From a virus, in IMG/VR virus record IMGVR_UViG_3300022752_005671, positions 123,070-187,069 of that record: a stretch of 64,000 nt of DNA; one strand, 5' to 3'. The position numbers and the translations under genes were made by a program. The notes beneath the pieces are model-generated. The model was not told the DNA's origin, searched no databases, and saw only the letters and a program-made list of their open reading frames with translations. Shown piece after piece: positions 10,934-20,100 of the stretch; the first letter of the stretch is position 1, and every line of letters begins with the position of its first letter.

Positions 10934-11800
10934 ATGTCAGACCAGAGAGAAATCAAGAATTCAGTTTTTACCCCCAACACACCTGGTGGAGTTGATCCAC
11001 GAATTACAACTATGTCACAAGCTGAAGCTGTAAAAACTGAGTTTGGTCTTGATATTCCAGCTGAGTTAGTTCCGCTTCCTTCCAACGGAAAGGTTTATCC
11101 TCCAACTTCAACTCTTCATGGTAGAGAGACAGTAGAGATTCGCCCCATGACTGCTAGAGAGGAAGACATTTTGACCAGCAGAGCTCTTTTAAAGAAAGGA
11201 ACTGTTGTAACCGAGTTAATTAAGTCTTGTCTCGTTGACAAATCAATTAACACCTTGGATCTTCTTGCTGGGGATAGAAACGCATTAATGGTCGCAGTCA
11301 GAATCACTGGATACGGTGCAGAGTACACTGCTGAAACTTCTTGCGGAGAATGTGAAGCAAAGAGTCAACAGATGTTCAATCTCGCAGAGTTGCCAATTAA
11401 ACGTCTTGAAATTGATCCTGTCGCCGAAGGTCAAAATTTGTTTGAGTTTGTTCTTCCTCACACAAAGAAGAAAGTAAGATTCAAGTTTACTACTGGAAGA
11501 GATGAAGAAGAACTTTCAGCAACTCAAGAGAAGCAAAAGAAGCTTGGCCTAAAGACAGACACAACAGTTACTACAGCATTGCAACAAGCGATCGTGTCTG
11601 TCGACGGAATAGAGGATAGAGGAAAGATCAATAATTTCATCAAGATGATGCCAGCTAGAGATTCTTTGTCTCTTAGAAATTATATTCGACAAAATGAACC
11701 AGGATTAACCATGAAGCAAGAGATGACATGTCCAGAGTGCGGTCACTCTGAGGAGGTGAATATGCCACTCGGAGTTAGCTTTCTTTGGCCTTCATCCTGA
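10934..11800 (+). CDS. Tail assembly chaperone / baseplate hub assembly protein (T4 gp26-like)
   Basis: LPSNGKVYP, IRPMTAREEDILTS, two CxxC motifs; lies between the tube and tape measure genes. Confidence 0.75.
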   Translation: MSDQREIKNSVFTPNTPGGVDPRITTMSQAEAVKTEFGLDIPAELVPLPSNGKVYPPTSTLHGRETVEIRPMTAREEDILTSRALLKKGTVVTELIKSCLVDKSINTLDLLAGDRNALMVAVRITGYGAEYTAETSCGECEAKSQQMFNLAELPIKRLEIDPVAEGQNLFEFVLPHTKKKVRFKFTTGRDEEELSATQEKQKKLGLKTDTTVTTALQQAIVSVDGIEDRGKINNFIKMMPARDSLSLRNYIRQNEPGLTMKQEMTCPECGHSEEVNMPLGVSFLWPSS

Positions 11801-12053
11801 AAATAAAGCAGATATAATTTTAGAGCCTATCTTTTTGCTTATGTATTATGGAGGCTTTTCATATAAAGAAGCCTATAATATGCCTGTTTCTCATAAGCAA
11901 TGGTTCATACAAAGAATAAGTCGAGAACTATCTAGAACCAGAGAAGAAGGACATACACAATCAAGAGCGCTTCATGATAATCCACCTGACGTAAGGGCAT
12001 TATCAGGACATGCTCGAACAGAAACACCCTCCAGGCTCAGGAGATTTTCTTGA
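11781..12053 (+). CDS. Chaperone extension (gp51/gpT-like), probably reached by +1 frameshift; ORF track starts it at TTG 11835
   Basis: The +1 frame is open from 11760 across the upstream stop and reads FFGLHPENKADIILEPIFLLMYYGGFSYKEAYNMPV. There is no RBS before 11835 or 11841. Confidence 0.6.
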   Translation, partial: FFGLHPENKADIILEPIFLLMYYGGFSYKEAYNMPVSHKQWFIQRISRELSRTREEGHTQSRALHDNPPDVRALSGHARTETPSRLRRFS

Positions 12054-12104
12054 CTTATTTTAATTAATTTGGCATATCTTCTTTTCTATTGTGTAGATAT
12101 ATGC

Positions 12105-12410
12105 ATGGTGAACTGCAAGAAGAATTTAAAAATTTATCTTAATGATCTTGGGGTAAATTTGAACTCTCAAAAATCATTATTTGAATCAATCGCTTATTGG
12201 ATGTCGAATGATGAAGCTACCAATATTGAATTTGTTGGAACGGATGAACAAATTACCGTAATAAAAAACGCAATCCTTGAAACAAAACGTTTTCAAGATG
12301 CTCTCTTTAATGAAAACGCAACATTAGAAAATGTTTTTGATAAATTGCGATCAAAACACTTGGCTGCAAATTCTTTTTCTATTTCTTTCGGCATGAAGTG
12401 GGTCTTTTGA
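12105..12410 (+). CDS. Hypothetical protein
   Basis: ORF between chaperone and tape measure; ATG 12105 preferred over TTG 12069. Confidence 0.55.
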   Translation: MVNCKKNLKIYLNDLGVNLNSQKSLFESIAYWMSNDEATNIEFVGTDEQITVIKNAILETKRFQDALFNENATLENVFDKLRSKHLAANSFSISFGMKWVF

Positions 12411-12425
12411 CTTAGGTGATGTTAA

Positions 12426-15400
12426 ATGGCTACTGAAGATACTAAAAAACCTAAAGGATCATCTAAAAGCGCAAAAGAAGCCCAAGAGCTTACAGGAATT
12501 TTTGCAGACCTTGCGAAAAGCATGGAGTCTTTTTCCCAGCAAAGCTCAGCAAGTTTGTCGATGTTAGATGAATCGATGAAAAAGTTTTCTGATACAGGAA
12601 AACAAGCATTAGAACAATTTGTTGAAAATTCATTAAAGGTAGCAGAAAACCTTGATGAAGTAAATTCATCTTCTAATTCAAGTTCTCAAGGAATTGGAAA
12701 ATTGACAGATTCGATGAAGAATCTCGCAAAAGCTGAAGAAAAAGCTAGCAAAGAAGCTGGATTTAAAAAAGGCGACGGTAAAAATAACATCTTTGAGCAA
12801 ATGGGCAAATCATCGAAGGTCGCCAAGGCAGGAATTTTAGCTTTAAGCGGAGCATTTAGTGTATTAGGAAAAGCAGTAAAAGGAATTGGCGCGATTTTTG
12901 GAACTGTGTTTAATGTCATCAAGTCCGTTTTTGGCTTCATAAAATCGATGATTGGTGGCATCATCGGTTTTATGGGTGACATGCTTGACGGATTGATTGA
13001 AGAATCAGAAAAAGTTCGTGAAATATCTCTTGAACAAGCTAGATCCTTAGAAAAAGTTAAAGAAACATTCGGCGATACGACCTCCGGTATTGGAGCGTCA
13101 ATGAAAAAGCTAGTTCAAGGTTCATTTAAATATTTTTCTCCTACGGGAACAAAAAGCATATTCAGCAGTTTTTCAGAAGCAGGAGAATATACATTAAGTT
13201 TGCTTAACGCAAGTGCTGAAGCTTCAACTAAATTGATCGATCAATTAGACACAGATCAAATGATCATTTTTAGTAAAGCATTTGGACAAACACCACAAGA
13301 TTTTGAAGCCATGCAAATGGCGGCAATAGCGACGGGCGAGTCAATAGCCGAAATGTATACTGACGCTACAAAGTATGCTAAAGGATTTGCACAAGCTTAT
13401 AGACTTGATGAAAAAGTATTAAAAAAGAATTTCAACGCTGCGTTGAAAGACGTGAAGCATTTTGCTAATGTTTCCAGAAAAGAAATGATGGAAGCAGCTG
13501 TTTATGCGAACAAGCTCGGCGTCTCATTAGAAAAAATAACTGGTGTATTAGACGCGTTTGATACATTCGAAGATGCAGCGAACAATGTTTCTAAATTATC
13601 TCAAGCATTCGGGGTCAATTTAGACACGATGGAGTTATTAAAAGCAAAAACCCCAGCAGAAGCATTAGATCAAATAAAACAAGCTTTTAATGCAGCAGGT
13701 AAATCAGCTGCAGATATGAATCGTCAGGAACTTTCCTTGTTGGCTTCTACTTTAAAAATGGATGAAGCTACTGTTAGGGCCACGTTATCTTCTGAGAATC
13801 AAGGTGCTGCTCTTGAAGACATTCAACAATCAGGAGCAAACATGGAAAAGCAAATGTTGAGTACTCAACAAGCCATGTCAGATTCCTTGAAAGAAATTGC
13901 GTATGATTTAAGAAAGAGCGGCAGAGAAGCAAAAGGATTTTTTGCGACGTTCATTGATGGAATAACTGCAGGTATCTTTGAATCTTCTTCTTTAAGAACA
14001 ATTCTTGGTAATTTAGCACAAACGTTAGAGGTAATTTTCCAAGCTGGTAAGAGACTTGGAGGCATGATAGTTTCTTCTTTTCCTGGCTTGAAAAAAATGC
14101 TAGATAGCGTTGCTAGCTTGCTCGACCCATCCAAAATGGAACAAACTCTATCAGGAATTAACAAGTCTTTTGGCAAATTCTTTAATTCTTTAAAAAATGG
14201 AACTGGAGATACAAGAAATTTATTCGCAGATTTATTCAGCGACATAAAATCTTATTTTAATTCTCAAGGAGCAGCCGGCCGCGGATTATTGAGCGGATTA
14301 TCAGAATTTTGGAACGCAATAAGTCAAATCATTTCAACTGCTATTTTAGGTTTAGGAGATTTGATAGCCAATGGATTATCATATATCGCTGATTTTCTAG
14401 AAGGGAAAAGAAAATTACCTACAGGAAAAAATATTCGTGATGCTGCTGGAAAAGGTTTGCAAGATATCAGTAAAGAAATTGAATCTTCTCCAATTGCTAT
14501 AGCTGCGTCAAAATCTTTTGACAAGATAGCTGAACAATTTGGCAGAGTTTGGAAACCTATTAAAGAAGAATTGAAGAAAGCATTAAAAGAAGCATTCGAA
14601 TGGATGATAAATTACCTTAAAGAGCATAAAGGTGAACTGTTGATGGCTTTCGGCATGGCATCAGGACCATCGCTTTTGGGTAAAGCAGGATCTGCTTATT
14701 CAATGTATAAAGGTTATAAGCAAGCAAAGCAAATTAATGAATTGACACAAATGGTCAAAGCAAGCCAAACTGCTTCTCAGGCAGCTCAAGCAGCTCAAGC
14801 AGCTCAAGCAGCTCAGTCTACAGCCGCGGCGCAGGCAGACAAATTGTTTGCTCTTAAGCCTCTTCCTCCGCCTCCTGGGGGATATTCTCCCGCGTTTTTG
14901 TCCCCTGCCGCACCGAGTGCCGTTACCTCAGCCGCGCCGGGCGCGGCTGCCGCTACAACGGGAGGCCTTTCCGCATTTTCTACATCGTTTGGAGGTATGG
15001 CTTTAACCGGCGGCGCAGCTGTAGCAGCTGTTGCCGGCGCCGGCGCAGCGGCCATGGCGGGCATCGCCCTCGCGGCAGATCAATATTCAAAATTGTCTGC
15101 TGAACTTGAAGAAGCAGAAAAACAAAGAAAAGGATTCGAAGATCAAATAGCTGAAATGGTCGAAGACGCAGACCCGCAGCGCCTTATGAATCAGTTTGGG
15201 TTGAAAAAGGACGGAGATGGATACAAATTTGATGACATTAGTATAGAAGAAAAGAAAGCTATATATGAAAGAATCTATGGAAAAAGTTTGTATATTTCCG
15301 ATGATGATTTAAAGAAACTTGAAGCGCATCTTGCTGGTCAAGCAGCTCTTGCTAGAGATAAACAAAAATTAAATCAAGAAACACAAAAAAAATTAATTGA

Positions 15401-16820
15401 AGAACAAAAGAAGAAAGAACGAGAATTAAAACGACTAGCACAAGAGAAAGAACAAGAATCAGAATATGATGCTTTTATGGAATCAATAGGAGCAGGAAAG
15501 GGAAAGAAAGTTAACATCTTGACCTTTAAAGAAAAGATCAAAGAAATTGATTCTATAGCAAAGCAAGTTACAGGTGGAGCAGCAAAATTACAAGAAAATT
15601 TCAATACCATAAGAGAACATCTTTCTAAGATGAATTTTGATCTTTTTGGAGGAACGAAAGAAGAATCCAAAGACAAACGTAAGTCGATGAAAGCTGCTCT
15701 TCAAACAATGTTGAATTTAAAAGGCTTCATTATTACTATGGGAGACATTGCAACAGAATCAGACGTTGCGGCGAAGAAACTTACAAAGTTTGGCGATGTA
15801 AACGAAGAAGGATCTGTTGCTGCCAATATAAAATCATTGGCTGGAAAACAAAAAGATGTCATTGAAACGATAACAAAAGCATTCGTCGTCGAAGAAAAAG
15901 ACATGTACGCTTCTGAAAAAGGGAAAATGTCTGGAGCTGAAGCGTTCAAACAAAGAGCTGCGTGGGCTAAAGAAACAGTCGAAGAGAGTGAAAAGACTTT
16001 TCAAACTTTGTTTGCCCTACGCGACTCTGTAATAAAATTAGGCGATGATAAGATGAAGATAACATCTGCGCAGGAGCAGGCAGCCACCAACACCATTAAT
16101 AGTTTTAAGATTCCTCTCACGACTTTGTATACGGGTATCGGTAGTCAATTTGGCGCCGATGCGCTTCAAAAAGATCAAAAAAATGTGCTAGAACCAGTAA
16201 AAAATTCTTTGGAATATGCTGTAGATACTGTTAAGGACATTGTCGAAAATTATACAGCAGTAGGCACTGCGTTGACTGGATTTAATGATAGATTAACCAT
16301 AGACGGAGTTGAAGGTCTTGCTGGGTCATTACAAACATTATTTGAGCACATAGGAACCGGGGCTTCTAAAATAGATTTAAGTGCCGTCGATAGGTTTACA
16401 CAAAGTTATACTCCTGCGTTTAACAAACTAGAAGATTTCATAAAAACGATGAATGACAAGCTTTCTGGCGTTGTTAAATTAAAAGAAAACATCAAATCGA
16501 TACAAGATTTACGCGCCGAGATTGATAAAGCGATGCAATCTACATATGAAGAGAAGCGTGTAACCGTCACACCCGGTGCGCTCGGCGGCATCGTCGCCAC
16601 ACCGGCAACCGTAAATCCACCTACGATAAACAGCGGAGGAACTCAAATAACATTAAAGTTTGATATCGTCATGGATTCTGAAAAGCTTGATTCCGCAATC
16701 AATGCAAGAGATAATTCTGTCCTTATCCAAACCATGAATCTAGCATTCAAGTCATCACCAATTACGCCAGCTACTAGTGTTGCCTTTGCAGGAAAAACGC
16801 CAACCGTTATAAAACAATGA
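12426..16820 (+). CDS. Tape measure protein
   Basis: 1464 aa, helical and Ala/Lys/Gly-rich, with hydrophobic Gly/Ala segments; canonical position after tube and chaperones. Confidence 0.85.
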   Translation: MATEDTKKPKGSSKSAKEAQELTGIFADLAKSMESFSQQSSASLSMLDESMKKFSDTGKQALEQFVENSLKVAENLDEVNSSSNSSSQGIGKLTDSMKNLAKAEEKASKEAGFKKGDGKNNIFEQMGKSSKVAKAGILALSGAFSVLGKAVKGIGAIFGTVFNVIKSVFGFIKSMIGGIIGFMGDMLDGLIEESEKVREISLEQARSLEKVKETFGDTTSGIGASMKKLVQGSFKYFSPTGTKSIFSSFSEAGEYTLSLLNASAEASTKLIDQLDTDQMIIFSKAFGQTPQDFEAMQMAAIATGESIAEMYTDATKYAKGFAQAYRLDEKVLKKNFNAALKDVKHFANVSRKEMMEAAVYANKLGVSLEKITGVLDAFDTFEDAANNVSKLSQAFGVNLDTMELLKAKTPAEALDQIKQAFNAAGKSAADMNRQELSLLASTLKMDEATVRATLSSENQGAALEDIQQSGANMEKQMLSTQQAMSDSLKEIAYDLRKSGREAKGFFATFIDGITAGIFESSSLRTILGNLAQTLEVIFQAGKRLGGMIVSSFPGLKKMLDSVASLLDPSKMEQTLSGINKSFGKFFNSLKNGTGDTRNLFADLFSDIKSYFNSQGAAGRGLLSGLSEFWNAISQIISTAILGLGDLIANGLSYIADFLEGKRKLPTGKNIRDAAGKGLQDISKEIESSPIAIAASKSFDKIAEQFGRVWKPIKEELKKALKEAFEWMINYLKEHKGELLMAFGMASGPSLLGKAGSAYSMYKGYKQAKQINELTQMVKASQTASQAAQAAQAAQAAQSTAAAQADKLFALKPLPPPPGGYSPAFLSPAAPSAVTSAAPGAAAATTGGLSAFSTSFGGMALTGGAAVAAVAGAGAAAMAGIALAADQYSKLSAELEEAEKQRKGFEDQIAEMVEDADPQRLMNQFGLKKDGDGYKFDDISIEEKKAIYERIYGKSLYISDDDLKKLEAHLAGQAALARDKQKLNQETQKKLIEEQKKKERELKRLAQEKEQESEYDAFMESIGAGKGKKVNILTFKEKIKEIDSIAKQVTGGAAKLQENFNTIREHLSKMNFDLFGGTKEESKDKRKSMKAALQTMLNLKGFIITMGDIATESDVAAKKLTKFGDVNEEGSVAANIKSLAGKQKDVIETITKAFVVEEKDMYASEKGKMSGAEAFKQRAAWAKETVEESEKTFQTLFALRDSVIKLGDDKMKITSAQEQAATNTINSFKIPLTTLYTGIGSQFGADALQKDQKNVLEPVKNSLEYAVDTVKDIVENYTAVGTALTGFNDRLTIDGVEGLAGSLQTLFEHIGTGASKIDLSAVDRFTQSYTPAFNKLEDFIKTMNDKLSGVVKLKENIKSIQDLRAEIDKAMQSTYEEKRVTVTPGALGGIVATPATVNPPTINSGGTQITLKFDIVMDSEKLDSAINARDNSVLIQTMNLAFKSSPITPATSVAFAGKTPTVIKQ
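14781..14816 (+). repeat. 9-bp tandem repeat (GCAGCTCAA x3 + GCAGCTCAG) encoding AAQ repeats
   Basis: Directly visible, in frame within the tape measure gene. Confidence 0.9.
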
Positions 16821-16835
16821 TATAAATTAAAGATA

Positions 16836-17123
16836 ATGAAAACACCGACCAAACAAGAATATTTTAAAATTTTACGTTCTAATCCCGAGTATCTTTCTTT
16901 ATTAAAAAAAATTCCAGAAGCTCATGAAAGAAAGAAGACTATTAATATCGTAGAGTATGTTGCTGGAAATATATACGATGCATTGATTATGATGAATGCT
17001 TCGTCAAAGCAAAATCCTGAAATTTTGGATAAAATATCAGAGGCTTTGAAAACAGGTGATGGCATAATTAAAGAAAACGATGGTAATCCTGTCGTTCAAA
17101 ATCAAGATAAAAAAGAAAAGTGA
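16836..17123 (+). CDS. Hypothetical tail-module protein
   Basis: 95-aa ORF filling the gap between tape measure and the next gene. Confidence 0.65.
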   Translation: MKTPTKQEYFKILRSNPEYLSLLKKIPEAHERKKTINIVEYVAGNIYDALIMMNASSKQNPEILDKISEALKTGDGIIKENDGNPVVQNQDKKEK

Positions 17124-17130
17124 GATTTAA

Positions 17131-20100
17131 ATGTCAGGGACCAAAACAGGAAATAAAGGATTTGTAAATCCGACTGATGGTAAAGTTTATACCGTTGATC
17201 CTGTTTTGAACGGAGAAGACGGCATAAATTCAGATCCAAAGACTTATGATCCCGGTGACATGACTGTCGATAAAAGTGTAAAAGACATCGGCAAAAAAAC
17301 CAAAATAACCTTAGGAACTTATCTTTCAAAAGCCACAAAGGGAGAAGTTGATCCATATACCAACGTTCCTAACAAATATTCGATTGATCCATCGTCATCG
17401 TCAACGCTTCCTCTGTCATTGACAGACAATGGGTACCCCACACCTCCCTCCCCCACTGAAAATTCTGAAAAATTTGCAGGCAATTTACCATCATCATTTT
17501 CCCAAGATTTTGCCTCGTTAAACCAGGATGGCCAGAAGATAAAGAAAGGGTTGTCATCTGTTGACGTACCAGATGGGCATACATTATTGTCTCAAGCTCA
17601 TGGCGTAAGTTCTCCTGTATCATCATATCAAAATCTTGCTTTCTCTCCTCAGCACAGGACTTCTTTCGTTTCTTTTTCAGACTTTAAGTCTCCACCAAAA
17701 AAACTTAATGTATCATTAATAAACCTGCCGAATGAATACTTTAAGAAACCGAATGAAGAAGCCGTCATTCCAGATCTTTTGTCTTTAGATTTAAAAAAAG
17801 CTGTTCAAAAAGTATCAACATTGACGAATGGAGTTGATTTAGAATCACCCGGCGCAAAGAATGTTTATCCAGTTTCAGTTCCTGTTCCTGAAGCTTTTAA
17901 CTTCGAAAATTTAGCATCGTTAACGACTGCAGAAGGAAAGTATCCTGCTCCATTGACAGTACCGACAGGGCAGAATAAAGATATTTTTACAGAGAACCCA
18001 GGAAAATCTACATCGGATACATTTGCCGCGGCAACTTCTAAAGTAGATAAAATAACCACATTAATATCAAAAGGTAAAAAGCCTGAAATAGAAAATTCTA
18101 TTTTATTAGATGGAAATAGATTATTTTTTAAAGCAATTAGTGTCGACTCAAATACTAAAATTGTAAGCCTCGAAGGTCCACTAAAAAATTACACAGAAGA
18201 GGCATTAAAACCGCAGTATAGAACTTCGCAGTTCGTTCCTTCTAATACTGACATATTATCGCCCGGGCCATTTGATCCTTCGTTATTAGATTATTCTAAC
18301 ACAACATTTACAAAACCAGGCGATTCAACAAACGTAAACAGTTTAAACATTAAAAAGCAATTGAAAGATATTTTTTCTATTGCAGGAAGCTTAACAACAA
18401 AAAACTTTTATCCTGTTTCTGTAACTGCGCTTCCATCAATAACGAGCATTAAAGTAAGCGATAGCGAGAGCGCGCCTCTTACAACACCGAATAATCAAAA
18501 TGCTTCGATTTTTTCTAACGACTTAACTTCAGGTTACAGCTATAGCAAAAATTGGCCGTTATTATGGAATGTTATCCCTGCTGAGTCATTTAAAAAAGGT
18601 AAATCAAAAGGCAAAGATGATGCAGCAACAGGAAACAATTTAGTTTCTAAAGAACAGCTTGACAAGCAAGGCAGCACAATTCGTGTTTATCAAGCTTGGT
18701 CGACGGAACCTCAGTACAGAAAATCCTTTGTAAACTTTTCTGACTTTAAAACCCCGCCGAAGACTCTTGATATTTCTCTTATAAATCTTCCGAATGAATT
18801 CTTTAAGAAACCAGACGAAGAAGCCGTCGTTCCTGGCCTTTTAACTTTAGATTTAAAAACTGCTGTTCAAAAAGCAGCAACATTAACTGGCGGTACAGAT
18901 CAAGAATCTCCTGGATTAAAAAACAAGTATTCTATCATCATAAAAGATTTTAAATTAGATGATCTTTTTTCTATAACCACGAATGGATATCCGTCTCCGC
19001 TGACAATCGCTGATTCAAACGAGAAATTTGATAATAATTTACCTTCATCATTTTCTGAAAGATTTAGTAGCGTTTCTTCTCTTCTAAAAAAAGGAAAAAA
19101 AGAGACGGGTATTGCAGATGGTAATGATCTGCTGAAAAATACGATAACTACGGATAAGTTCGGATTCACAAAATTAAACATCGTTTTGCAACCTTATTTT
19201 GAAAAAGTTGCACAAACTAATTTCTTTTATCCAGATATTTCAAACTCAGGTTTATCTAAAGACACTAATCAAGTTTCTTTTTTAGAAAAAGAAATTAACG
19301 TATTATCTCCTACTCCAAATTTTTTCCCCAAGATCAACATCGTAAAAACTTTAGGAAAATACTACGGAAATCCTGGAGACATTATAGAAAAAGATCCTGT
19401 TACGTTAGCAGAATTACGTAATAAACCTGCTGAAATAACTCAACAAAATCAATATGCCGTTTCTCCTCCACCTTCGGGGATATTCGGAAATTTCCTGACG
19501 CCGATAAGCAACCCAGACACGAAACTGCCGATTCCTTTAAGCGATGCTGGAAAAGGAAGCTTCATCTCTAGAGACTTAATTAAACCTTTATCCAAAGATC
19601 CAAGCGTCGAAAACTTTTCAAAAGGGAAAGAAACCCCTGGCTCTTTTGAAGAATCAGCACCCGGTGTTCCTAAAGTTTATAACGGAAATACTCTTCTCGC
19701 AAAAGGAATACCAGGTTCAGACGCAGAAGCGGCAAAGATTGCTGCATCAGGTCAAGTCGTCGGTATGCAGATAACCCCTGGAATTGATCCTGCTAATCCT
19801 CTTTACAATTATGTCGGAGGTAGAGGTTCTTCTATCCTTGAAATAGGAAATAATAGATTTTTGAGAGGAAATCGACCTGCGTCTCAATTTAACGTTGCAT
19901 TGAAGCTTTCAGATGGTCGTGCAGTTTCACATTTAAAAATGGCTCAGGTTGGAACGGGCCTATTGCAACGAGCCGCAGCAGAAATTCCAGCATGGACAGC
20001 CGATAAATTTAATCCAACAGGCATTGAAGCCTCGATCGGATCGATCATTCCTTCGGTCGCTCAGCTTGGAATATTAAAGGTTGACAACGCTCTTCTTGAA

